A stretch of DNA of 64,000 nucleotides, from NCBI GenBank assembly GCA_964367735.1, contig CAYIYT010000002.1:4958-68957 (forward strand), written 5' to 3'. The stretch's first letter is position 1, and each line of letters opens with the position of its first letter. This document shows, piece by piece, positions 51,322 through 60,220 of this stretch. This stretch comes from an uncultured Muribaculaceae bacterium. Its GTDB lineage: Bacteria > Bacteroidota > Bacteroidia > Bacteroidales > UBA932. Under the pieces are notes generated by a model. It was not told the origin of the DNA. It made no database searches and was given only the letters and a program-made list of their open reading frames with translations. A program made the position numbers and the translations under genes.

Positions 51322-51356
51322 AAATAGAATGAATAAATAGAATAAATAGAATGAAT
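51322..51356. repeat. AAATAGAAT/GAAT micro-repeat
   Basis: aaatagaat gaat aaatagaat aaatagaat gaat. Confidence 0.75.
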
Positions 51357-51362
51357 ATGCAT

Positions 51363-51395
51363 AAAAAAACCCTGAAATGTTTAGATTTCAGGGTT
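51363..51395 (-). terminator. Intrinsic terminator downstream of tRNA-Phe
   Basis: AACCCTGAAAT-loop6-ATTTCAGGGTT followed by a T tract on the minus strand. Confidence 0.88.
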
Positions 51396-51413
51396 AGTTT
51401 GAACCTTAAAAGG

Positions 51414-51486
51414 TGGTGCCACCAGGAATCGAACCGGGGACACAAGGATTTTCAGTCCTTTGCTCTACCAACTGAGCTATGGCACC
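51414..51486 (-). tRNA. tRNA-Phe(GAA), CCA not fully encoded
   Basis: Minus strand GGTGCCATAGCTCAGTTGGTAGAGCAAAGGACTGAAAATCCTTGTGTCCCCGGTTCGATTCCTGGTGGCACCA; cloverleaf with anticodon GAA; followed by CCT. Confidence 0.98.
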
Positions 51487-51505
51487 TTTTGTTTGTTCGG
51501 GAGTG

Positions 51506-51562
51506 CAAAAGTAGCACTAATTTTCATTTTTGCAAAAAATAGATTCAAAAAATGTATCTTTG
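51506..51562. promoter_or_regulatory. Divergent -7 boxes: tRNA-Phe (minus, 51506-51513) and efp (plus, 51555-51562)
   Basis: TACTTTTG(C) minus; TATCTTTG(C) plus, with an upstream TTTG at 51529-51532. Confidence 0.72.
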
Positions 51563-51583
51563 CCTCAAATTAAATTTCAACAT

Positions 51584-52153
51584 ATGGCAAATACATCTGA
51601 TTTTAAAAACGGACTATGCATCGATTACAATGGTAAACCATGCTCTATAGTATGGTTCCAACATGTTAAACCAGGAAAGGGACCCGCCTTTGTTAAGGTA
51701 AAAATGAGGAATTTGGAAAATGGCCGAATTCTTGAGAATACCTTTAACGCTGGCGAAAAAATTGATATTATTAGTATCGAGAGAAGGCCTTATCAATATC
51801 TTTATAAAGATGATATGGGACTTAATTTTATGCACAACGAAACTTTCGAACAAATAAGCATACAGGCCGAAATGATAGAAAATGCCGATCTTATGAAAGA
51901 GGGGCAAAATGTAGAGATGATGTTTTTAGCCGATGTAGAAAAAGTACTCACTTGCGAACTTCCGCAATTTGTTGAGATGGAAGTAACATATACCGAACCT
52001 GCTGTAAAGGGTGATACTGCTTCTACAAATGCACTAAAAGCCGCAACTGTTGAGACTGGTGCCGAAATCATGGTGCCTCTTTTCATTAACCAAGGAGAGA
52101 GAATTAGGGTAGACACTCGTGCCAGAGCTTATTACGAACGTTGTAAATCTTAA
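51584..52153 (+). CDS. efp: Elongation factor P
   Basis: FQHVKPGKGPAFV, YTEPAVKGDTA, ETGAEIMVPLFI. Confidence 0.98.
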   Translation: MANTSDFKNGLCIDYNGKPCSIVWFQHVKPGKGPAFVKVKMRNLENGRILENTFNAGEKIDIISIERRPYQYLYKDDMGLNFMHNETFEQISIQAEMIENADLMKEGQNVEMMFLADVEKVLTCELPQFVEMEVTYTEPAVKGDTASTNALKAATVETGAEIMVPLFINQGERIRVDTRARAYYERCKS

Positions 52154-52154
52154 A

Positions 52155-52790
52155 TTAAATTTTTCGAATAATATTGAGACCATCGCGTAGAGGAAGAATA
52201 AAATTCTCTGTTCGATGGTCTTCTTTTACAATTCTATTGAAACGAGCTATCTCTTGAGTTTGAGCATCTATAGGTAATGGATCTAATAATACTTTCCCAT
52301 CCCATAGGACATTGTCTGCAATAATATAGCCTCCCGATTTTACTAATGGAACAACTAGTTCGTAATATTTGCAATATTCCCTTTTATTGGCATCTATGTA
52401 AATTAAATCAAAAGTATTAGGCGAGAACTGTTCCAAGCTTGCACAGGCATCGCCTATATGAAGTGATATAACATCTTTCAATCCCGCTCTAGCAAAACCC
52501 TGAATAATCAAATCTTCTAATTCGTCATTTATCTCCAAAGCATCCATAGTCCCTCCTAGCTTGAGACCTTGAGCCAAACAAATTGCAGAATAACCTGTAA
52601 AAGTTCCTATTTCAAGAATCCTGTTAGGAGCAATCATTTTAGAGAATGTCATAAGCAAACGGCCCAAGACCGGCCCTGCGAGCATTCTTGCATGATTGGT
52701 TCGCAAATTGGTCTCTCTCTCTACCCAGTCCAATGCTTCGGGCAATTCTGTGGCACTTTGGGCGATATAGTCTTCAAGGTTAATGTTCAT
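52155..52790 (-). CDS. Class I SAM-dependent O-methyltransferase (caffeoyl-CoA OMT/TrmR-like)
   Basis: ILEIGTFTGYS, FDLIYIDANK, ADNVLWDG, LPLRDGL. Confidence 0.92.
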   Translation of the reverse strand: MNINLEDYIAQSATELPEALDWVERETNLRTNHARMLAGPVLGRLLMTFSKMIAPNRILEIGTFTGYSAICLAQGLKLGGTMDALEINDELEDLIIQGFARAGLKDVISLHIGDACASLEQFSPNTFDLIYIDANKREYCKYYELVVPLVKSGGYIIADNVLWDGKVLLDPLPIDAQTQEIARFNRIVKEDHRTENFILPLRDGLNIIRKI

Positions 52791-52823
52791 GAAAATAAAG
52801 ATTGAATCATGAAAATGATTTGG

Positions 52824-54092
52824 TTATGAATAGATTAGAGTAAACATTTTTTTTCTGTCTAGTAATTCATTTGCTATCTGTAAAAGTTGATCCGATTCAA
52901 TTTGCAGGATCTTCTCTCTAGTTACCTCTATAGGTTCTATCCGTTTAAAAAACAGCATAGATTTACCCATAGAAAGGCATTGAGATTCGGCATTATCCAT
53001 AGAAATAGCCAATTGTCCTAAAAGTTGCTTTTTTGAAGCCTTGAGAAAAGAGGGAGAAAAACCCTTTTCTCTTATAGAGGCAAGTTCATTATCTAAGATA
53101 TGGAGACACTTTTCAATATTATTTTTATCTGTTCCAAAATAAATTGCAAGTAACCCAATGTCTGTGTATGGAGTATACCCCGCATCTACTGTATATGCCA
53201 ATCCATACTTCTCTCTAAGCACTTGATTCAATCTTGAATTAAGAGCGGGACCTCCCAATATATTTGTAAGCAACGCTAGAGGCAAGCGCCTATGGTCGTA
53301 TAGGTTATATGCTGGAGCACCAATTACGCAATGGCTTTGATAAGTTTTTTTGGAAACTCTTTTTTCAGTTTCTAAAACCGACGGTGTTAAGAGCGACTTG
53401 CTATTAGAGAAGGCGTTGTTAGGCACAATCTCAAAATCTTTTAATTGTGGGAAAGAAGAGAGATTTGCTTTATCTCCAAAATAACGATTAACCAATGCCA
53501 CACCCCTATCATTCGAAATATCGGCTACAATGGAAAACGTCATATTAGGGAGTTTGTAGTACTGGCTTGTGAACTCTTTAATTTGTTGTACTCCTATTTT
53601 CCTTACACTCTTAGGAGTTCCTAAAATAGGTTGAGCAAGAGGGTGGTTCCCAAAAATATACTCTTCGAAATCATCGAAAATTTGTTCCGATGGAGTGTCT
53701 TTGTATGAAGATATCTCTTCTAATACTACCTCTTTTTCTTTAATGAGTTCCTTTTCTGGAAAAAGAGAATTAAAAGCTAGATCGGATAGTAATTCAACTG
53801 CCTTACCAATATCTTCCTTAAGTACCGTAGCGTGAATAACAGTCTCTTCTTTAGTAGTATAGGCATTTAATTCACCCCCCAATCTTTCAAGAAAATTATT
53901 TATCCTTTTTGAGCCTCTTTTAGTGGTTCCCTTGAACAACATGTGCTCTGTAAGATGTGCAACGCCGTTATATAAATTTGTTTCGTTCCTAGTCCCTGCC
54001 TTTATGCTTAAAGCACAATATGCAACTGGAGAAGAAATTCTCTGAAATGCATATCCTATACCCGAATCAAGTTGTGATGTAAAAATCTCCAT
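52824..54092 (-). CDS. M16 (pitrilysin) family metallopeptidase
   Basis: Inverted Zn motif HLTEHMLFKGT, LNAYT, SRL...LREKYGLAY. Confidence 0.93.
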   Translation of the reverse strand: MEIFTSQLDSGIGYAFQRISSPVAYCALSIKAGTRNETNLYNGVAHLTEHMLFKGTTKRGSKRINNFLERLGGELNAYTTKEETVIHATVLKEDIGKAVELLSDLAFNSLFPEKELIKEKEVVLEEISSYKDTPSEQIFDDFEEYIFGNHPLAQPILGTPKSVRKIGVQQIKEFTSQYYKLPNMTFSIVADISNDRGVALVNRYFGDKANLSSFPQLKDFEIVPNNAFSNSKSLLTPSVLETEKRVSKKTYQSHCVIGAPAYNLYDHRRLPLALLTNILGGPALNSRLNQVLREKYGLAYTVDAGYTPYTDIGLLAIYFGTDKNNIEKCLHILDNELASIREKGFSPSFLKASKKQLLGQLAISMDNAESQCLSMGKSMLFFKRIEPIEVTREKILQIESDQLLQIANELLDRKKMFTLIYS

Positions 54093-54098
54093 TAATAA

Positions 54099-54950
54099 TT
54101 AAAACTGAAAAGGTACCGATATTTTTCTAATATCTTCCTTTGTAAATCCTAAAGGCACTCTAGTAGAAATTTTATGCCTTCTAAAAAAGTATAATTCATG
54201 ACTATCTGTGCCTACTAATAATTTATAACAATAAGAGCCGCTAGACCCACCTTTTGGCTTTATAATAATAGGGACAATAGTATTTGGACTACTAGCAATT
54301 ATTGCATCTTCTATTTGGTTTGGCGTTACCAATTTAACTTTCCCATTAAAAAGCTCAGAAAACTCATTATCGGGCGTTTTATAATTAAGAAAATCTACTG
54401 CAAAAAGGAATGTTTTATCTTTAATCTCTCCCACCTTATTAGAATAAATTGTATTGCCCTTAAAAGCTAGTGAAACATCTTTTTGAACTTTATAGATATG
54501 ATTTTGAATTAGCTCTATATAGATTGGCAAAAGATAAAGGTTGTTTGCCGAGTAGTCTTCTATCTCTTGTAAAGGTAATGTCAAAATATTCTTGCTACTG
54601 TAAAGCCCTTTTTTGACTTCGGGACCTCCTTTGATTAATGTTAAATATTCTATTTTAGACTCCAGTTCGTTTCGGAAAATGCCATCTACTCTAAGCAAGA
54701 AGAAGTAATTAGGATTATCTTTTATCTTATTGTACTCCTCCATAGTGCAGAATTCAAAAGGAGAAATTCTCCAACCCTTATTAACTGCATCTCTAAGCAT
54801 AAGATCTGCCAAGGAGGTAGATGGTATAACAACTTTAGTAACATGGGAACTAAATGTTGCAAATGTGCTCCTAGTCTCTTTAATTACATTTTGAGCCTCC
54901 ACTTTGGTGAAAACAAACAGTATAAAAACCCACAGTATAATTCGTCTCAT
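54099..54950 (-). CDS. Hypothetical secreted protein
   Basis: Long ORF with signal peptide (..VEAQ) and its own -7 box; no motif recognised. Confidence 0.75.
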   Translation of the reverse strand: MRRIILWVFILFVFTKVEAQNVIKETRSTFATFSSHVTKVVIPSTSLADLMLRDAVNKGWRISPFEFCTMEEYNKIKDNPNYFFLLRVDGIFRNELESKIEYLTLIKGGPEVKKGLYSSKNILTLPLQEIEDYSANNLYLLPIYIELIQNHIYKVQKDVSLAFKGNTIYSNKVGEIKDKTFLFAVDFLNYKTPDNEFSELFNGKVKLVTPNQIEDAIIASSPNTIVPIIIKPKGGSSGSYCYKLLVGTDSHELYFFRRHKISTRVPLGFTKEDIRKISVPFQF

Positions 54951-54972
54951 AAATAACATTGTTTAGCAAATG

Positions 54973-55000
54973 CAAAATTAGATAAAAATTTGTACTTTTG
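54973..55000. promoter_or_regulatory. Closely spaced divergent -7 boxes for the hypothetical gene (minus) and dnaX (plus)
   Basis: TAATTTTG(C) minus at 54973-54980; TACTTTTG plus at 54993-55000. Confidence 0.65.
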
Positions 55001-55006
55001 TCTTGT

Positions 55007-56749
55007 ATGGAAAGATTTATTGTATCTGCTAGAAAATACCGTCCAGACAGCTTTGAAAGCCTTATAGGACAAGACAATATAGCCACCACACTTAAGAATT
55101 CGGTGGTGAAAAAACAACTCGCTCACGCCTATCTTTTTTGTGGGCCAAGAGGAGTAGGCAAAACTTCGGCTGCTCGAATATTTGCAAAAACAATAAACTG
55201 TAGCAATCCAGGAGAACAGATGGAGCCATGTGGCCAATGTGAATCTTGTATCTCATTTGCGAATAACCGCTCCTACTCTATACACGAACTAGATGCAGCT
55301 TCTAATAATTCGGTAGAAGATATAAGGCAATTAAATGAGCTCGTTAGAATACCTCCCCAAATTGGAAAATATAGCGTTTACATTATAGATGAGGTACATA
55401 TGCTTTCACAAAGTGCATTCAATGCATTTTTGAAAACACTTGAAGAGCCACCTGCCCATGCAATTTTCATTCTTGCAACAACAGAAAAGCACAAAATACT
55501 ACCTACTATACTCTCTAGATGTCAAACCTATGACTTTAACAGAATATCGGTAGAAGACATTGTAAAAAACCTTACAGACATTGCAGCAAAAGAAGAGGTT
55601 TCATGTGATTTAGAAGCAATGCATGTAATTGCACAAAAGGCCGATGGTGCAATGAGAGATGCTCTTACAATTTTTGACCAGGCTGTTGCTTTCTGCGGTA
55701 AAACAATATCATACGAGAGTGTAATCTCTTCATTAAATGTTTTAGATTACGACTATTACATACAAATAACCAAACATATGCTCAAAGGCGAGCATAGTGC
55801 TGTATTGCTTATATTTGATCAGATACTATCTAAAGGGTTTAACGCTCTACATTTTATAGGAGGGCTAAGCGCTCATTTTAGGAACTTGCTCATCTGTAAA
55901 GACAAATCTACACTTTCATTATTAGAACTTGCGCCTTCTCTTGTAGAAAAATACAAAGAACAGGCAATCGATTGTTCTCTTCCATTCTTATACGACGCAT
56001 TAAACATAGCCTCGGCATGTGAATCGGGTTATAAAAACAGTGGGCACCCTCGTCTTCATATAGAGCTCTCTTTACTTAAGCTCTGTCAAATAAATTCACC
56101 CTCTTGGGCAGAAGAAAAAGTTGAAACTAAAACAGAAAGCCCAACAGTAGCTATCGCTAAACCTCAAGCAAAAACTACAGTAGAGGTTCAAGCAGAAGCT
56201 AAGCCAGAAACCCCAGCAACAGCTAGCGTCCAATCAGATACTAAAAAAGAAACTCTGGTTGAAATTCCTACACAACCCGTGGCTGGAGCCGCTCCTTCTT
56301 TATCTATTAAAAATTTAATTAAATCGGCGGGAAATAAGGAAAAGAGCAACTCTACAAAAGGAAAAACAGAGGTAGGGACAGATATTGTAGAGATTGAAAA
56401 ATTAAATAATGTGTGGCTAAAGATGGCCGAGGCAGAAAATGCTCTTCCAAGGCTCTCCTCTGCAATTTCTCAAACTAACGCTGTTATTAGAGATAATAGC
56501 AATATTTTGTTCCCCGTTAGAAACGAGATGCAAAAATCTTGGATAGACAAATATTGCAAAGCACGTTTGGTAGAGTTTTTGAAAGTAAATCTAAATAACA
56601 AAAATATTACACTAGATGTAGAGGTTACTCCCGATGACGAAGGCTCAGAAAAAAAACCATATACATCAACAGAAAAAGCAAAATTTATTTCGGATAATTA
56701 TCCAGAAGTAAAAGAGATGCAAAAAGATCTAAAATTGGAATTAAAATAG
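55007..56749 (+). CDS. dnaX: DNA polymerase III gamma/tau subunit
   Basis: SARKYRP, GPRGVGKTS, Zn-module cysteines, IIDEVHML, LKTLEEPP, SRC. Confidence 0.97.
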   Translation: MERFIVSARKYRPDSFESLIGQDNIATTLKNSVVKKQLAHAYLFCGPRGVGKTSAARIFAKTINCSNPGEQMEPCGQCESCISFANNRSYSIHELDAASNNSVEDIRQLNELVRIPPQIGKYSVYIIDEVHMLSQSAFNAFLKTLEEPPAHAIFILATTEKHKILPTILSRCQTYDFNRISVEDIVKNLTDIAAKEEVSCDLEAMHVIAQKADGAMRDALTIFDQAVAFCGKTISYESVISSLNVLDYDYYIQITKHMLKGEHSAVLLIFDQILSKGFNALHFIGGLSAHFRNLLICKDKSTLSLLELAPSLVEKYKEQAIDCSLPFLYDALNIASACESGYKNSGHPRLHIELSLLKLCQINSPSWAEEKVETKTESPTVAIAKPQAKTTVEVQAEAKPETPATASVQSDTKKETLVEIPTQPVAGAAPSLSIKNLIKSAGNKEKSNSTKGKTEVGTDIVEIEKLNNVWLKMAEAENALPRLSSAISQTNAVIRDNSNILFPVRNEMQKSWIDKYCKARLVEFLKVNLNNKNITLDVEVTPDDEGSEKKPYTSTEKAKFISDNYPEVKEMQKDLKLELK

Positions 56750-56752
56750 CAA

Positions 56753-57646
56753 ATGCGTTTATACAGCAATAACTTGGTAAAAAAGTACGGTGCTCGTACT
56801 GTCGTAAAAAATGTCTCAATAGAGGTAGAGCAGGGAGAAATAGTTGGTCTTCTTGGGCCAAACGGTGCAGGGAAAACTACTAGCTTCTATATGATAACTG
56901 GGCTTATAAAACCAAATTCTGGTAGAATCTTCCTTGATAACGAAGAGATTACCCATTTACCCATGTACAAGAGAGCCCAAAAAGGTCTTGGCTACTTAGC
57001 ACAAGAGGCTTCCGTTTTCAGAAAACTTAGCGTAGAAGACAATATTATGGCGGTAATGGAGATGTCTACACTTACCAAAACGCAAAGAAGAGATAGATTA
57101 GAAGAGCTCTTAGATGAATTTTCCTTACATAGAGTTCGTAAAAACCTAGGAGTGCAACTCTCTGGAGGGGAGAGAAGAAGGTGTGAAATAGCTCGAGCTT
57201 TGGCAATTGACCCAAAGTTTATTCTTTTAGACGAACCGTTTGCAGGAGTAGACCCTATTGCAGTTGAAGATATTCAACATATCATCTCTAAACTAAAAAC
57301 CAAAAACATAGGCATAATCATTACAGACCACAACGTACATGAGACTCTTGCTATTACAGATAGGGCATATCTTCTTTTTGAAGGAAGCATACTAGAGAGC
57401 GGTACTGCAGAGGTTCTTGCCAACAACCCCGAGGTAAGAAGGAAATATCTTGGAGAAAACTTTGAACTTCGTAAAGCTGTTTTAAAGAAAAGAGGGGAAT
57501 CAAGTTCTTCTGAATTAGATATGGCAACACCTAAAGAGATGAAACCAGTAACCAATGTGGCTCAAAAAAACACCGAAACAAGTAGTTCCGGTGCTAATAT
57601 GTCTGAATATTCAAATCAAGCTAACGAGCTAGAGAAAGGGAATTAA
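56753..57646 (+). CDS. lptB: LPS export ABC transporter ATPase with a C-terminal extension
   Basis: [59 protein letters not shown]. Confidence 0.95.
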   Translation: MRLYSNNLVKKYGARTVVKNVSIEVEQGEIVGLLGPNGAGKTTSFYMITGLIKPNSGRIFLDNEEITHLPMYKRAQKGLGYLAQEASVFRKLSVEDNIMAVMEMSTLTKTQRRDRLEELLDEFSLHRVRKNLGVQLSGGERRRCEIARALAIDPKFILLDEPFAGVDPIAVEDIQHIISKLKTKNIGIIITDHNVHETLAITDRAYLLFEGSILESGTAEVLANNPEVRRKYLGENFELRKAVLKKRGESSSSELDMATPKEMKPVTNVAQKNTETSSSGANMSEYSNQANELEKGN

Positions 57647-58215
57647 TCAACTTTATTTGGGTTTCCAATACCAGCTCTATTAGGCATTGCACCTCTTTGA
57701 TTCATGTTTCCTCTTTGATTCATGCCTGTCCTGTTAGACATTGTGCCTCTTTGGTGCATACCTGCTCTATTATTCATAGATCCCATTTTGTGAGCCTTTC
57801 TTCCGTTGTTCATTCTAAGATCATACTCTAACCTTTGTTCGTCTGTTAGGAGTTCTCTTATTTTAACTTGGCTCTGAGCTATCATCTTCATTTTCTTGTT
57901 TTGAAGAGAGGAAATTTCGTCAATTTTAGAATTTATTGCTTTTATGCTAGGCTTTTCTAGCTGCTGCAAAGATTTTAGCTGAACTTCTTTTTCGGCAAGT
58001 TGATTGTTTAATTGTAAAAGTTCTTTTCTAAGATCTAACTTTAAGGCATTTACTGCTTCTTGTTGATTGGCAGAAAGTTGGTGTTGAGCCACCAATTGTG
58101 GTACAAGTTTTTTAGGATTGGCTCCCATGTATCCTCTGTTTTGTATCGTAGAGTTTTGAGCTACTGCACCAATGGCAATTAAAGCCATAAATAGTGTAAT
58201 GTAAATCTTTTTCAT
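57643..58215 (-). CDS. Spy/CpxP/ZraP-like periplasmic helical protein
   Basis: Signal peptide, LSANQQ and LLTDEQR (LTxxQ) motifs, helical composition. Confidence 0.75.
   Translation of the reverse strand: MKKIYITLFMALIAIGAVAQNSTIQNRGYMGANPKKLVPQLVAQHQLSANQQEAVNALKLDLRKELLQLNNQLAEKEVQLKSLQQLEKPSIKAINSKIDEISSLQNKKMKMIAQSQVKIRELLTDEQRLEYDLRMNNGRKAHKMGSMNNRAGMHQRGTMSNRTGMNQRGNMNQRGAMPNRAGIGNPNKVD
57670..57777 (-). repeat. Six 18-bp in-frame repeats encoding Met/Arg/Gly hexapeptides
   Basis: [36 protein letters not shown]. Confidence 0.88.
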
Positions 58216-58343
58216 CTTTTTTATTATTTACTGTTTCTATGCTCTTATGACCAATATAAAACGAAAAGGTTTAATAAATAAGGAAAGAATTCGTAACTTT
58301 ACACGATTATTTTGACAGTACTCAAATAAATAACAATACAGAT

Positions 58344-60203
58344 ATGGCAGAAAAATTATTTGCTGAGTTTCAGCCTGTTTCCACTCCACAATGGGAAGAG
58401 GTGATAAATAAGGACCTTAAGGGTGCCGATTATGAAAAGAGACTCGTATGGAAAACGACAGAAGGGTTTGCAGTTCGCCCCTACTATCGTGCCGAAGATC
58501 TAACAAACTTAAAACACATTGGCAGCGAACCGGCTGCTTTTCCTTTTGTAAGAGGAACTAAAGTGAACAACAAATGGCTTGTTCGCCAAGGTTACAATGC
58601 ATTAGAGAGTTTTGAAAAAGCCAACAAACAAGCAGTAAATGGTCTCACTAGAGGAGTGGAATCGGTTGCTTTTTGCATTGATGGCAAAAACAATATCTCA
58701 ATAGAAAACATGGCGGTTCTTCTGAAAGAGATAGATCTTTCAAAAACTGAAGTTAATTTTGAGGGATGCTCTTGTGCTTGTGCACAAACTATTGCAACCT
58801 TCATAGAATATGCATTAAAAACAGGAGCAAAGGCATCTGAAATTAGAGCATCATTCGATTTTGATCCACTTAGAACTCTAACAACAACAGGTAATTTTTG
58901 CTGTCAAGACTATTTGGCAACATTAAAAGAGTGTGTAAAAGTTTCTAAGGAATACCCAAACATTAGAGTTATTGGAGTAGAGGGATATGCATTTAACGAT
59001 GCTGGCGCTACTATAGTACAAGAGTTGGGATTTGCACTTGCAGCAGGAAGTGAATATATGCAAATACTAATAGAAGCAGGCTACTCAGCAGACCTTGCTG
59101 CTTCTAAAATTAAATTCACACTTGCAATAGGCCCTAACTATTTCATGGAAATAGCCAAGTTCCGTGCAGTAAGAATGCTTTGGGCCAATATTGTAAAACA
59201 GTATGGTGCAAACAATCTTGATTCACAAAAAATAAACATTCATGCAGTTACATCTCAATGGAATATGACCGTATACGATACATACGTAAATATGTTGAGA
59301 GCAACTACCGAAGCTATGAGTGGATCACTTGCTGGAGTAGATTCTCTAGAAGTTCTTCCTTTCGACTATGCATTCCGCGAACCAGCCGAGTTTAGTAATC
59401 GTATTGCAAGAAATACTCAAATTATTCTAAAAGAAGAGTCTCACTTCGACAAAATTACCGACCCTGCAGCAGGTTCTTACTATATTGAGAACTTAACCGC
59501 TTCTATTGCCGAACAAGCTTGGAAACTATTTTTGGAAGCAGAGAATAAAGGTGGTTATATAAGTGCATTGAAAGAGGGTTATATTCAATCTGAAATCAAG
59601 AAAGCTTCGGCAAAAAAAGATTTAAACATTGCTACCAGAAAAGATACTCTTCTTGGTACTAATCAATATCCTAACTTCACTGAACAAGCTCCTAAAGATT
59701 TGACTTTAAACGTAGTTACTCGCGGAGCAGATGCTCAAAAGAGTAATAATCCTATTGTTGAACCAATTGAAAAATATAGAGGTGCACAGGCATTCGAAGC
59801 GTTAAGGTTTGCTACCGACACTAGTGGGAAGCAACCAAAAGCATTTATGCTAACATTCGGCAATCTAGCATTTTGCCGTGCACGGGCACAATTTGCAAGT
59901 AACTTCTTTGCTGTTGCAGGGTTTGCTGTTCAAGACAACAACCGCTTTGCAACTGTAGAAGAGGGAGTAAAAGCAGCATTTGAGGCTAAAGCCGATATTA
60001 TAGTTGCTTGCTCTTCCGATGATGAATATGCTACAGAAGTTCCAAAGATTAGCAAACTAGTAGGAGACAAAGCAATAGTAGTTGTTGCTGGAGAACCTGC
60101 TTGCAAAGAAGATCTTATGGCTGCTGGCATAAACAATTTCATTAGCGTGAAAAGCAATGTGCTTGAAACTCTAAAACAATATCAAACTCAATTGGGAATA
60201 TAG
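58344..60203 (+). CDS. mutA: Methylmalonyl-CoA mutase small (beta) subunit
   Basis: W...[44 protein letters not shown]; lacks DxHxxG. Confidence 0.95.
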   Translation: MAEKLFAEFQPVSTPQWEEVINKDLKGADYEKRLVWKTTEGFAVRPYYRAEDLTNLKHIGSEPAAFPFVRGTKVNNKWLVRQGYNALESFEKANKQAVNGLTRGVESVAFCIDGKNNISIENMAVLLKEIDLSKTEVNFEGCSCACAQTIATFIEYALKTGAKASEIRASFDFDPLRTLTTTGNFCCQDYLATLKECVKVSKEYPNIRVIGVEGYAFNDAGATIVQELGFALAAGSEYMQILIEAGYSADLAASKIKFTLAIGPNYFMEIAKFRAVRMLWANIVKQYGANNLDSQKINIHAVTSQWNMTVYDTYVNMLRATTEAMSGSLAGVDSLEVLPFDYAFREPAEFSNRIARNTQIILKEESHFDKITDPAAGSYYIENLTASIAEQAWKLFLEAENKGGYISALKEGYIQSEIKKASAKKDLNIATRKDTLLGTNQYPNFTEQAPKDLTLNVVTRGADAQKSNNPIVEPIEKYRGAQAFEALRFATDTSGKQPKAFMLTFGNLAFCRARAQFASNFFAVAGFAVQDNNRFATVEEGVKAAFEAKADIIVACSSDDEYATEVPKISKLVGDKAIVVVAGEPACKEDLMAAGINNFISVKSNVLETLKQYQTQLGI

Positions 60204-60220
60204 TAGAAAAAATACGACAT

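Noticed and set aside
51351-51542. 63-aa ORF on the plus strand
   Set aside because: It is the antisense reading of tRNA-Phe and its terminator
56105-56255. Programmed frameshift site in dnaX (gamma/tau)
   Set aside because: The A-runs (GAA GAA AAA GTT; ACT AAA AAA GAA) do not form an in-frame A AAA AAG heptamer or a long slippage run, and the ORF is continuous
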